Below are positions 15,384-29,237 of a DNA stretch of 64,000 nucleotides, piece after piece (the first letter of the stretch is position 1; each line of letters starts with the position of its first letter). The notes under the pieces were generated by a model. The model was not told the origin of the DNA and searched no databases. It was given only the letters and a program-made list of their open reading frames with translations. The translations under genes were made by a program, and so were the position numbers. The DNA is from Mytilus trossulus (taxonomy: Eukaryota), in assembly GCF_036588685.1 (NCBI RefSeq), contig NC_086379.1:80166001-80230000 (forward strand). Direction: 5' to 3'.

Positions 15384-15576
15384 AAGCAATTTATAACGTT
15401 GTTTTCATATTCTTTAATTCGGAAAGTTGCTGGCAGCCTATTTTTATTTTTTACTTTACCAGTTGGATTTAACCTCGTGGATTTGAAATAAAGGATGAAA
15501 CAAATACAATTCGTTCTTCTACGTATCTTGAATTACACTTTGAATTGACAGCAAAGGTAGGTTCAAATCTCAGAAA

Positions 15577-15656
15577 GTAAACGACCACACATAACGGTAA
15601 ACGACCACACATAACGGTAAACGACCACACATAACGGTAAACGACCACACATAACG
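15577..15656. repeat. Minisatellite, 4 perfect copies of 20-bp GTAAACGACCACACATAACG
   Basis: Read directly from the sequence. Confidence 0.97.
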
Positions 15657-18126
15657 TCAATTTTCCATTGTACACTTACTAAAGCTCACTATTTAACTAT
15701 TTTTATACGATATGCAACAGATAACGTTTCTTTTTAGTATAACACGGTCACTGTTCACAATAAAGCTATTTAACTTAACGATTCTTGATTGGAATATTGC
15801 AGACATCTTTTCAAAAGTTTGACAGACATAATCATGGCTTTATTGTAGTCATCTTCTATTTGTCACTCGTCCATAAAAAAAAACCTGTACCAAGACAGGA
15901 TTTGACAGTTGTTATCCAATCGATTGATGTGTTTGAGCTTTTGATTTTGTCATTTGATTAGGGACTTTACTTTTTTTGCATTTTCCTCAGAGTTCAGTAT
16001 TTTTGTGATACTACCTTTCCCATTACCTTCTTTGATTACTAGTAAGTCAAATGGTTTTGTACGATTTGAACACACGAATGACGCTACTTTTTAAACAGAA
16101 AGTGTTTACCCTTCAAGAACATATTCATCTTCAGTTTAAATGATGTTTGTATCCCTTTTTTTTTTTGTGCTATTTTGTATACCATAAGTATGTGTTTTGT
16201 TATGTGTGTCGTTTACCTTAGTATGATCGGATGATGTCTACTGTTAGAAAACCAGAAGTACAAAGTAGGCTTGTTGAATCTTCAGTAAAAAATTCTTGAA
16301 AATGTTGACCTTCTTTAAGCGAGCCCTGCTAGAAAGTACTTGATGTAAGGTGGACTATTGTATCAGGAAATATATTGATTATTCTTGAACAACTTAACCT
16401 GTGTAAAACGATCAACTATCTAATCCTAAGAGGATCTCAAGTTCCAAAGTAATTTGGTTTGAAGGTATCATTTGACTTTTGTAATAGTTAAATCTTTTCA
16501 TCGTTATAAAGTTTTTAGGTAAAATTATTATGTAACATCACTAATATTTTGTTTAATGTCAAAATATGCTCCAACTGCAGTTTGGGGTGTTTAAAATGTG
16601 TGTCTTGTAATTCAATTAAAAAAGGGGCATATTACAACAACAACAACAACAATTTTTATTTGTCAATCAAGACGCCCCGAGGAGCAGTACAATTACAGTT
16701 TAAATTAAAGTGTACAAATAATATAATTCAGCGGTTGTCGTTTGTTCCAGTATATTATAATTGTATTTCGCTCATTGTTTTTTTTTTTAAATCAAGCCGT
16801 TGATTTTTCTCGTTTAAAGTGTTTTACATTTGTCATTTCGGGTCCTTTTATAACTGACTATGCAGTATGGGTTAACGGTAATCATGGCTGTTAACTTCTA
16901 TTTCCTTTGGCCTATGTTGGAGGTTGGTAGCATGGCAATCATAACACTTATGTCCATCTTTGTAGAATATATTAAAATTGTATGACGCATACGTATTACA
17001 TAAACACATGTTAAAAATTTGTTTACCCGGTTTCCTCTCTTATTCTTGATGTGTTTCTTTCAGTTTTGTAACTCGGATTTGTTTTCTCTCAATCGATGTA
17101 TGATTTTTGAACACCAGTATACTACTGTTGCCTTTTTTTTTTTATCGAAAAGTATGAATCATTAAAATAGTTATTATCAAATATCCAAATTATTGTCACT
17201 ATGACATAATTGATTGTTGGTTGCTTAACGTCCATTTGGCGAACATATTATGCACTTTCCGAATACGTAATATGAAGCCGATAATCTGATTTTTTAGTCC
17301 ATCCGACACATTATGATAATAATTCCCATCTCTGCAACAATATATATAACCATATCATGTATTTGATCAGCAATATATGACATGTCAAGCTTCGACTTTT
17401 TTTATGATGATTTGATGTCGGTGTGATATTCATAATGTCCAGGGAGTACAAAAAAAGTGATATCACAAAAATACCAAACGATGAGAAAAATTCAAAACGA
17501 GAAGTCTACAACCAAATGGCAAAATGAAAAGCTCAAATACACCAAACGAAAGGATAACAACTGCCATATCCCTGACTTGGTATAGACATTTTCTTATGTA
17601 GAAAAGGAGGATTAAGCATGTTTAAACAAAAGTAAGATATTAACAAACGAACTATTTTTAATTCTTATATTATCGTCTAAAGAAAAGTCAATGAATCATT
17701 TCCAAATTTTGAAATGAAATTTCGATTATTCGTATTACATTCCGCTTTTACTTTTTTATTTTTGATGTAAGGCTTGTATCGTTGGTGAGTCTGATATATA
17801 TTTTTACATATGTTTTACTATCTTAAATATCGCCTCATATATATTCACATTAAGCTATTGACATATTATCATATGTGTAACGCATTTTACTTACCGATTG
17901 TCTTAATATAGTGAGTTTGGACATTATTAGTGTAAATCCTGATTGCACAAGTTAAACACAACATTTGATAGACATTCAAATATTTAATGAGCCATTTTTT
18001 TATTATCTAAAAGCATGCACAAATATATTTATAATAGAAACAAAGAATGTTGGTATCTATTTATGAAACAAAATTAATACACGAACAGCTGTTTGGCTCT
18101 TTGCAAATTCGAGGTGGTCGAATGTG

Positions 18127-18390
18127 AATAAACTCATCATAGATACCAAGATTAAATTTTGTATTTACGCCAGAGGCACGTTTCGTCTACAAAAGACTCA
18201 TCAGTGACGCTCGATTAAAAAAAAAACAAAAACAAAAAGGACAAAAAAAGTACGAAGTTGAAGAGCAAGTTTTGCCAAATAGAGCTAAGGTTATCTATTC
18301 TTGAGGTAAAAAAGCCTTAGTATTTCAGAAATTTAAACGTTTTGTAAACAGTTAATTTATAAATATGATCATATCAATGAAAATTCATTT
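18127..18390 (-). mobile_element. Retrozyme fragment; hammerhead at 18167-18210 with disrupted stem III
   Basis: Matches the 365-bp unit. Minus strand CUGAUGA GUCU..AGAC GAAA CGUGCC UC, with a C-C mismatch at 15.2/16.2. Confidence 0.8.
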
Positions 18391-19117
18391 CAGATCATTT
18401 ATTTAATATATCAACATTAAGAGAGTTAAACGTCTAAATACAAAGCATTTTAAAAAATCCTGGTTAATAGCGTACCATTTTCCTCATTAATCAATTGTGC
18501 TTTACATTTTAGGGGCATAAGCGTGAGTTCGTTTCTGTGTGTGTTATATTTTAACGGTGTGCGTTTGTTTCCTCTTATAATTGAGTGTGAATTCACATTA
18601 TTATGAGCCGTGTCACGGTACTTTTATATCCAAAATTCATGTATTTAGTTTTTATGTTATATTTGTTATCCTCATCGGATATTTTCTAATGCTTAGTTCG
18701 TTTTTGTGTGTGCTACATTTTAATGTTGTTTCGTTGTTCTCTTATATTTAATGCGTTTCCTTCAGTTTTAGTTTGTAAACAAGATTTGGTTTTGTTTCTA
18801 TCCATTTTTGAGTTTTGAACAGCGGTATACTACATTTGCCTTTATTTAAGCGTTGTCAGTTTATTTTTGATTTATGAGTCTCTGGTATCTTTCGTCCCTC
18901 TTCTTTAATAGACAAAATACATACAATTTTAAAATAAAGTAGATTCACCACTGAAAAAATATTATCCACGCGAAATATGCATGTTTACTTCATCCGATCA
19001 AATTCGTTTTGAAAAACAATGGAAAAAAAGCTTGAACCAGGCATTCTGTAATTATGAAAATCTCTGTTCTTTGGTAATTTGGCTTAGGAATAGTGGTATC
19101 AATATCAACTCCTACAT

Positions 19118-19253
19118 CATTGGCGGATCCAGGGTTGGAACCCCCCTTTTTTTGGCCGATCAATGCATTTGTATGGGGACATACAGTTGGAACCCCTCCC
19201 CCTTTTGTCCTGGGTTGGGAACCCCCTTTTTAAAATGGCTGGATCTGCCCCTG
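19118..19253. mobile_element. 136-bp MITE with CA(TT/GG)GGCRGATCCAG termini (hAT-like)
   Basis: CATTGGCGGATCCAG ... CTGGATCTGCCCCTG inverted termini, with three internal GGAACCCC repeats. No clear TSD. Confidence 0.7.
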
Positions 19254-19576
19254 TACCTTTTTTTTTTTAATATATTTAATTTCATTTTGCATATAAATAC
19301 ATGCATGGGCAATACCTTTCAAATTACTATTTATGCGTTGCGTCTTAATTAAAATTGTAACACTTTATATTGACTGAAAAGGGTAGAAAAAATTAAAAAT
19401 CATCAGATGAGAAAATGCTGAAGACACCTGGAAACAGCACCATATATACATTGCATCTCATAAAAAGAAACTGAGTCTGAGATTTGGATAGTTCCACTTC
19501 AAGGTAAAAATATTTATCTCTTGTGAAATGAAAAAAAAATTAACACTGTAGTTAATTAATAAAGATACTACCACGT

Positions 19577-19690
19577 GTATTTCTGTATTGGCCTTGTTAT
19601 TGGTCCTCGGCCAGCCTGTATTGGCCTGAGGCTTCGCCTCAGGCCAATACAACAAGCCTCGGACCAATAACAAGGCCAATACAGAAATAC
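19577..19690. repeat. 114-bp foldback palindrome, probably a non-autonomous DNA element core
   Basis: Perfect 30-bp outer arms (19577-19606 and 19661-19690) and perfect 16-bp inner arms (19617-19632 and 19636-19651) around a TTC loop. Confidence 0.9.
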
Positions 19691-21130
19691 TAACGTAATA
19701 ATATCATAATATTGTTGCAAAATGACGATACTCTAGGAAGACAAATATCACATACACTTAAAACTGAGATATGTGGACCTGAATTCATATAAATCGTTGC
19801 ATTGTTGATGACAATGGTAAGGAACAATTTTCGAATGTTCTGTGTGTTATATGTGTTAAATGAATTGCGGGAACTTCATATTTTCTAAACATACAACAAA
19901 AGTGCGTGTTTTATATAAAGTTTACAATATAGTCCTCGTAATTTATGAGTTTAATGGATTTAAGCAATCTGAAAGCGACATATTATTTGATGCAAACATT
20001 AAAGATCGTTTGATAATTGAAAACAAATTATGATTGTAAATAAAATGTCATTGAATTACAAAACTCAAAATGGAGCACAAATAATAATTACGTCTTAAAT
20101 GATTCATATTCACGTATAAAAAATGATCAAGCACTTATTTTACAGAAATTGCATTTGATATATTAAGTAATGTCAATTCACGTCTTAAATATTTTCCAAT
20201 TTGAGAAAGAATTAATTGTAATTTCATGCTAAATAAACACGAATATATTTTGAAACGGGATGAAGCCGTCTACATAAAATGCATATTTCACATTTTAATA
20301 TCAGACCTTTCAATCAATGCTACAAACATAAAGCATAACCCTGCTTATGTGATGGCTTCTGGGATATCAAAACTCGATGTTAATTGACGATTGTACGACA
20401 ACATTACGATTTATATTTAAAAGATGTTTTTCGTTTTATTCGGCTTTAATAAGATTTAATATGGTAAAATGAGACAGGTTCTTTTAGCTTCACCCTTATA
20501 ATTTCTGGTTATTTCTTCTTAAACCTTTCATTTGTAATGAAATATATCGATATTTTGTAAACAGTTTACCAGACTGGAAGACAGGTTTTAAGTTATCAAG
20601 CATGCAAGCAATGTCAGACTGATAAATTGTCCGACTTCCAGAAAAACGTAAAAATACAAAGTACATGCATATTGGGCGAGTGTAACAAATCTTAAATGAC
20701 CCTTTGAAAGATTCATGATCTGCCCAACCGACAATATAATCAATTTTATTTTTGTGTGATAAGCATATTTGAGACCAGTACTTTTGCAGGCCGAAATATA
20801 TGCGTTGGAGAACAAAAACCAAAAGCAAACAAAAGGTCTATGTGTATCCAATTAACTAAAATGCTTTAAGAATTCTTTAAAAAAATATATATAGACACTA
20901 TATATTTTAAGACGAAACAGACGAGCGTGGAGCAAAACATAACTTTAATGTAATAAGACTTCTGTTAAGAATAGGGCACTATCTATTTTACAACGAAAAA
21001 GACAATCGTGGATTAATACATTACTCATACAAAGTGTTATGAGGTTTTAATCATATCTGTTGCATCTAGTATAAAAATTGAATTACTTTAAATAAACTCA
21101 TCATAAATACCAGGACGAAATTTTGCATAT

Positions 21131-21174
21131 ACGCCAGACGCGCGTTTCGTCTACAAAAGACTCGTCAGTGACGC
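21131..21174 (-). ncRNA. Type I hammerhead ribozyme with intact core; predicted cleavage GUC^ between 21137 and 21136
   Basis: Minus strand reads GCGUCA CUGACGA GUCU-uuugu-AGAC GAAA C-GCGC-G UC^ UGGCGU. All core nucleotides are present, with a 6-bp stem I, 4-bp stem II and short palindromic stem III. Lies in the retrozyme fragment 21091-21260. Confidence 0.88.
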
Positions 21175-21784
21175 TCGAATCTAAAAAAAGTTAAAAAGGC
21201 CAAAATAAAGTACGAAGTTGAAGAGCACTGAAAATCAAAATTCCTAAAAGTTCTGCCAGATGCATTCAGTTTAAGAACACTACCAACATTTTTTAAGGAA
21301 AATCATTTTGAAAATGCCTTAAATACTACCCACAATACACACAATACATAAAATTCCCCAGTTAACCAGGTAGGTTTCTTTGGTTTCATCTGATGAACAT
21401 TGCATAATCGTATTTTACCACTACATGAATAAAGGATTAAAGACAATGGCATATCAACTAGCATTAAAACAGACGTCTATAACAGAAAATAAACCAGGGA
21501 TAGTTAGGAGAAATCAACTTGACAATGTCATGTTGTTTTTTATTTTCAAAAGATGTTATAGATGATGTTGCTAGTATTAAGAAGGCATATGACAACCGCC
21601 TTAAAAAGCTCAATGAGTTATTGAGCTTATGTAATTTTATTTATTCTTTTCTTTAAGTTTTGCAAATTTATTTTGTCTTTTGTGCTTCTTTGTTACATAT
21701 TTAATTGTTCTTGTAGTTACTAAGACAATGTTGACATTTTTATCTATAATGTATGTTTGTTTTGTTCACACATCGTTGACAATT

Positions 21785-22000
21785 TAATAGAATATGATGC
21801 AACTGTCATACAAGTGAGACATTTAGCTAGCTATACACCAATGTTTAATCCATCATTTTCTTCTTTAAATAATTCCTGTTTCAAGTCAGGAATATGACAT
21901 TTGTTATTCATTCGTTTGATTTGTTTGAGCTTTTGATTTTTGCCATTTGATAAGGGACTATCCGTTTTGAATTTTCCTCGGAGATCAGTATTTTTGTGAA
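21785..22000 (-). repeat. Dispersed repeat family A copy
   Basis: Reverse complement of 33057-33270. Confidence 0.85.
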
Positions 22001-25000
22001 TTTAATTTTTGCACCATATCAAGACACCATTCAGGAATGCAAAACAGAAAAATTGAAACAACTACCGTTTAAATTATTTTCAGAAGTATTTTTTTGTTAT
22101 ACAAAAGCTTGACATAAGTTTAAGGTTTGGCAAAATACGGATAGTGTAACCAACTCTTTCGGTCAAAATCCACAGTATTTAAAAAAAGTAAGAGTTTTGT
22201 AAAAAGTTAATATATGATTATGATAATATTATTGATAAATCACGCCAACACTGACTACTGTTCTGTTGATAAAATCAGTGAGATAACCACCACCAGCAGT
22301 GGCATCTAATAAGCGATACCTTTTAACCTCATATGGAGAAGGGAAAAAAATTGGAGAGTAATATCTATTTTTCATGCAATTACAAGCATTCTTCCAAAAT
22401 ATATTTATATAAAAAGACATCAGCACTTTAATTTATTTTTTAATTTGAATTTCCTAGTTAATTCCCTAACTGAGCAGAACAAGAGAGTGAGGCAGGTATT
22501 AACATTGTTGTCGAAGAGGTGCATAACAATATATAACGATAAACCTTTATCTTGTTTAAAACATGCCTGATGAGGTTTTAAATCGGTCAATAATGTTATC
22601 ATTACTACTGTAGAACCAGAAAAAATTGACCCAAAATTAAATTGACTAATTATATGACTCTGACTATTTATATCCAACAAATTCGTCCATAAACATCATG
22701 ACGCACATTTGCAATAAAGATAGGAAAATCAAAGCAAATGAAAGCAATTATTACCTCCGCTATATGGAATAACAACCGAGTTTTGTGTTAACACTGGTTA
22801 ATAGTCCCATTGTGACCCTCTATGACAGTTTTGTTGAGTACAAAGAACTGTCGTTGAAAATCATGGAAAACAATTATTAGCTTTGCCTGCAAATTATCAT
22901 CATTATGACAAATTGGTGTAGCAACTTCATATACAATTCTAGATAATATTAAGTTATTAAATAATTTTAATTGTTTTTTTACATGCATAATAGCAGAGAC
23001 TTCCCACTCACGTACCTTACCTTCTTTCAACTGTAGTTCGTGCGACGTTACCTGTGTTTGTTGCAATCCTAGATTTTATGGGCATGTGCCTTTGTGTTCT
23101 ATTATAGATATAGGAAGATGGGGTGTTAGTGCTGATGAGACAACTCTTCATTCAAATTACAATTTACAAAAGTAAACCATTATAGGTCAACGTACGGCCT
23201 TCAACACGGAGCCTTGGCTCACACCGAACAACAAGCTATAAAGGACCCCAAATTACTAGTGTAAAACCATTCAAACGGGAAAACCAACGGTCTAGTCTAT
23301 ATCGTATATTTTTGGAGTTTTTGAAATTCTCTCAGTTTTCGTTCGTTACATTGATTTGGCTCATCTTATTCGCGAATGGATGTTTGATAACCTTGTTTCA
23401 AAACAGCAAGCTGCATAATGAGGATAACCACAATTTTGAATCTAATTTCGAAAGAAATATGATGCATGGACAACACATTTGTTTTGACATAACATAAAAT
23501 AAATCGAACTTGACCCATCGGACAAAATGCCGTTGTACACATAAAACAGATCTTCCTTCTTCAAAATTGAAGAATTCTTATAATGCTTATAAAATTACTT
23601 ATATGAATATGAAATATTCACATTTAAAGTTTCTGATGTATGGTTGTTTATTTATCAACATTTATAAATTCAGGACCATAAAAAATGAACGATATTGTGT
23701 TAAGTTGCATAACAAACAGAAAGCCTTACTAAAAGATATAACTAATAACTAGTTCAGGACTAAAGTGTAAAATTTTATTAGTATGAACGAATAATGTTTT
23801 GTTTTACAATGAAAGAAACGCTATCGTTTTATTTTGCTTTTATATCAAATTACAATTTCTTGTAAGGCATTGATACGTATAGCTTTCTAATGATTTGATT
23901 TATTTCGAAATCATTGTTTTGAAAGGAGAAACATAAAGCTGCATTGATTTCTTTACTTAAAGGATACAAAGCACGTTTATTTTGAAAACTTAACATCCTG
24001 TTTAATAGACAGCAAATGGAATTCTAATTGAAAGAGACTAAAAAAGAAATGAAAATAAAGAAATAATGTTCAAATTCCGAATTTTAAAATACATTTTGAG
24101 AAAAGATTGTTTGCTGTTTTGAATAATACATCCTCAGTTCTTTTGAACATTCATCCAGCCTATATGTGAAAGATTATGTGAACTTGAAAAGCATCTCATT
24201 TTAGTAGTTCGACTATACAATGTATAGCATGTAATTAAAGTTGTTGTAAGAATGCGGAATTAATAGTTTGCATTAGCTTAAATGGGATGGCTTCTACCCG
24301 GAAAGAAAGAACATTAACCTCCTACGTAAAAATGAAGTAGCGGTTTGCTTTAGATATAAATTATTAATGAAAATGGTTTTTTTTTTAATTTTTAGGCAAA
24401 TAAAACAACCAACAATGGCAATCTCAATATAAGTCCTCATCGAACAAAGTAACAGATTTTCTTGTTGTAAAAAATTGCAACAAATAACAATAATGATTTT
24501 TTGTATGTGCATCCTTTCTAGATCGTGTATAATATTTCAAGGCAAAAACATAAAGCTGTCCTCTTAAACATATACCCTGTACAACAAAAACCTATTGTCT
24601 AAATTTTGCTGAATACGAATGTGTCAAAGACGTGACGTGTAGGATGTCACATTGTTTGTCAATCGGTAAATAAACATAACCTCTTTAAGGGGATATTTAT
24701 GCATTAAATAAAACTTCAGGATATGTAAACAAAAATGGGGAGAGACTACTAAATTTCCGGTTTGAATTTTCCTAGGCGTTCCGTTTTTTGTTGTTGTTTT
24801 ACCTTTTTAGTAAGAACTGCTAAATGTACAGAAACTCACGTAAAAGATGCGTTACAGTGATGTACATTCGAAAGCGATGTTGATTAAAACAAAACTTTAT
24901 AAATGTCGATCGTTCGTACCGGTTTTTTTTTTTAGGTATGCCTACATCAAGCACGCTGGTACTTACAAAATCTGAAAGCCGAGGATATTTATATATATAT

Positions 25001-26539
25001 ATAGAGAAAGATACTGAAAAACTTCGGGAGGTTAAAGACCACATGGGGTCTACAGAGATATATCCTCTGATGGTAATTTTTCCTGAGGGAGTCAAAACCT
25101 TAATATCTTAGTCATTTTTAAATCATGAACAGAAAATTTAAGAAATATTTGTTATAAATCGTGTCAGTACCAAAGCACTAACTTCACAGTTAATGATTCC
25201 CTGGGGATAAGCAATCCGTCAGCAATTGTATCGAATAATGATTACAAAATGAAAATCACTTTATCTATCACCGAAGAATCTAAACGCATTTTACGTTTTT
25301 GTTGATCAGCAAAACAGTGGCGCAATAAGCAAAGAAAACATTTATTTTCTATTTAAAGTTAGGAAATATAATGAATGTATCACTGGAAACTTCTTCAACA
25401 AATCAATTAACTGAAAGGTTCCTCGAACAAATGATACTTATCAAATGGGGTTACAGCGAGGGTCAAGTACTTACCATTATAGTCGATAGGAAGACAACTT
25501 TGTGTTTTTTGAAAATATTTTGCATAGAAAATGTTTTATCGAATTGCTTAACCAAATAAAATAATATTAATATACCTTTTACGCTCAAAGTAGATGGAGG
25601 TTTTAATAAATTGTCAAAATGTAGTTTATATGATTGTTTTTTTTTTAAAGATAATAAAAAGTATGAGTCAGTGTTTTTTTTTCACTCTACAGATTGTGTA
25701 AAATTATCAGATTAACCCAACGGTAACGTTCACAACGTTATACAAGCTTTTGTCAAGGCAAACGCTGTATGTATACTTAGAAATAATAAATTAATAAACG
25801 TCCAAGATATTATGTATATTATGTATATTACATTAATATATATCATTATTAACATCAATAATATATCATAAGAACAAGAGAGTATCTTATAACGTCCTTA
25901 GTTCATATGTCTATACACAAATTATATTAACGAATTTTCTTATAAGAGCATTGAACTTTGATCTGTAGAGTTCTTTGATCTTTATAGTTTCCATTTTTAA
26001 AATATATCCTCAATGTTGAAGTGGGTTCTAAATGTTTGTTGTTCTCAATTAATTAAGTTTTAAATTGATTTTTTTTCTAAAAAGCAAATTCAATTGTTTG
26101 TATAAAAATGTGTCTTCAATTAATTTTAAACGCCTGCAGCCATATGTTGATACTTAGACATTTCTCTTTCAGTCCGATTTGGGTATTATTAATTAAAGAT
26201 CTTATGGATTTCAGAACATTGAGTATTCTATTCTCTAATATCGTCATAAATATGATTTTCCTTTACCTGCGAAGTTAAGGAAAACAGGCGATTACAGTCA
26301 TTCACGTTCGATAAAAGTAAAATAACAAAAATACCGAACTGCAAGGTACATTCAAAACAGACAGTCCTTTTTAGTGTGGCAAAATTAAAAGCTAAATACA
26401 TCTAACGAATGGAAAACAACTGTCTTATTATGGACTTCTTGCAGACATTGCCTGATGTAGAAAGTGATCTATTAAACCTTATTTTCTAGCTCTGTATACC
26501 TCTCACATTATGTAGTATTTTTCAGCAAAAGATTACTCT

Positions 26540-26840
26540 TAAAAGAGGGGCGAAAGATACCAGAGGGACATTCAAACTGATAAATCGAAAACAAATTGAA
26601 AACGCTATGCAAAAATAAAGACAAAAAGACAAACAATAGTTTACAAAATACAACTTAGCAATTTAGCAACACGAACCCCATCAAAACCGGGGGTAATGTC
26701 AGAAGCTCTAAATAGGTAGGTAGATCCTACTACACATGTGGCACCCATCGTGTTGTTCATATTAATACGAACCCGTTAACAAGTCTAGTTAGATAGGTCA
26801 CATTTATGCATTCATGAAAAAAGGGACGGGATTGTAGTAA
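26540..26840 (+). repeat. Dispersed repeat family F (head AAAAGAGGGRCGAAAGATACCARAGGGAC)
   Basis: Homologous copies at approximately 5017-5166(-), 10544-10640(+), 18851-18906(-), 31140-31305(-) and 41850-41888(-). Confidence 0.82.
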
Positions 26841-27616
26841 CGACTTTAGGAACATATCCGCTAAGATAAACTGCACGGTAATACAAGCACAATGCCATTT
26901 TACATACGTTATTTTGTTACTAACTATCTTAATTAAGCCGATGAGAAACCCCATTACCTGACTAACGAAAGACAAATCACATTTTACTTGAGTGCCACTG
27001 AGGATATGATTTTTAAAATACATAGACATCTTTTACAATATCTTTACATAAAGAGTTTTCAGATTCACAAGCGGTATACCCTTTCCTTGGCACCATACAT
27101 AATGTGATACAACTTTATAAATTACTAGAATATGAGAACTACATTACACAGTCAGTTGGCACATAGGCTGGTAAGATGATGTCTTCATTGATGATTAGAC
27201 ATCTTAGAGAAAAATATTAATTTGCAACTGAAAAATGCAGTCACTTGTACGTCCCGATCCTCCTTTTCCATTTTGAAAAGATTGACTTTTGAATGATGGA
27301 CTAAATCGGAAAGGGACATTCTTCTCTGTTACTGTGATACATGGTGTAGATCTGTACTTGTATTTGAAATTTGTATAAACAAAGAGTTGCATGTGGTCCA
27401 AATGTTTCGACATATTTGACATGTCTTTGATAGTCAAAATAAAAATCAGGTGATAAAAGCTTTGAAAATCTGCAAAGATTTCGAATTACCTCAAGCGTTT
27501 TGTCAACTTATTTAATTGTAAGTTATTGAAATTGTCATTATATTATTATTTATGAAAGCATGTATAATAAATATATCAGGAACAGTTAAAAAATATAAGA
27601 AAGCGAAAGTCATTAC

Positions 27617-27762
27617 CTGGAATTTCTACAGATGGTCTTTTTACACAAGGCGATGTCGGTTCCGATAATCCTCCTGAAGGTTGATATTCCTCGGACGATC
27701 CTCTGGCCAGTCGACGTACATCCACACTTTGATTTGGAACAGTGAAAGGTATTTGTCGCATG
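27617..27762 (-). CDS. SYT15: Synaptotagmin-15-like, linker exon (MRQIPFTVPNQSVDVRRLARGSSEEYQPSGGLSEPTSPCVKRPSVEIP)
   Basis: Acceptor cttttgccttgcag|C and donor CAG|gtaatg; 146 nt, phase 2 to 1, fitting both neighbours. IPFTVP matches the PFVVP linker motif of SYT15. Confidence 0.88.
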
Positions 27763-29237
27763 CTGCAAGGCAAAAGAATTAATGAATGGTAACGACGGAG
27801 CATCGTTTAATGTCAACCTGTCATTTCGTAAGGTTGTGGATATCAACAAGATGTTCCATTGATTTTTCTATCAAAGAAAAGTAAATCTGAAATTCCAAAG
27901 ACTTAAACGATTAGTTTCTTATATTCTGTGAAGAAGTGATTTGAAGAATGAATGAAAAGTCTCGATTCTTCTCCCATTAAGATTTCTATCGGAAATACAA
28001 CAATTCTTTATGTTACATCATGCAATACAATTGCCAGGAAAATCTGGTTCCATCAAAGTTCCAATATCAACGTGTTACTTGTCAATCTGTATTATTTAAC
28101 TATCCATTTAGAGCTCTGTTCAACAGAGTAAAATATGTACGTGTTAACATGCTATCAACCTCTAATAAAAATATAATATCTGAAGTGAGCCAGGAGAAAA
28201 ATTGGCCGTAGATAAAGTTATAAACGGGAATGGAATAATTACTGAGACTGGTTGCTTATAAAGACATAGGCGGACAATCAATTTACTTTAAATCATTCTT
28301 TATGGATATCATATTCATTCTTTAATCTAACTATCTGAGATGAGACATTTTGTATAGTCGTAAAGCGAATGATGTAAATAAATGCATGTGTTTAGGTGTG
28401 TAATAAACAAAATCAATGTAATTGACAAAGAAGAAAAGCAGATGAGACTTAATCCCACAGTTGCCACCAATTTTACAGTTATTGGACAAATTCATGATCT
28501 GTATGTCAATAATATATGTAAAAATATATAGCTATTCCATAACACTGACGTCTTATCTCATAAAGAGAAAGATGGAAAATGACAAAACATTGTAAATGTA
28601 AAAATCGCTCTCTGATTTGATTTGTTAAGACTTCAGTGAGGGAGAAAATAACTCTACGAATTGGCACAGATCTGATAGATTCATTTCATTGCTGCATGCA
28701 CGACAGCACTTACATCCAAGATAGAATGAGCATCCAATTTTACGAGACTATAGGAGTTTAAAACCAATTTCAGAAGACACACTGACAATTTTCTCTGAAG
28801 GAGTCAACCTTCACTTGTAATATAGAAAGATTATTTTCCATAACTAATATAGGAAAATTGTCCATAAAAGGTTTACGGTATGAAGATTCGTTTAAATTAC
28901 TCTACTCAGTAATAATAAAATAGAATAGCTGGCTAGAATATAAATGCAAAGAAGACATCCAACATAAAAAACAAACTTCCATTGCAAAGCAAAACTATCT
29001 CTCTAGCTTTCCAATACAAAGTGCTTTAAGCAGGAAGCGTTTCTAACCGGAGCACCCAAACTAAGCATATAATGGGTTTTGGTGTTTTGGTTTTGCTACT
29101 GGTTCAATAAATCATCATAGGTGGGTATCAAATGTCTTTGAACAGCGGTATACTATTGTTGTCTTTACTTAAAGTTTGCGCTAAGACATACTTAACTTTG
29201 TGTTATTTTGTTTATATTAGTAATGCCCCTTGTTGAT

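Noticed and set aside
15577-15656. Regular repeats here, at 63739-64000 and at 51669-52986 as CRISPR arrays
   Set aside because: They are head-to-tail with no unique spacers, there are no cas genes, and the context is eukaryotic.
25465-25525. MQNIFKKHKVVFLSTIM|gtaagt on the minus strand
   Set aside because: Phase 0 does not match the phase 1 acceptor at 11513.
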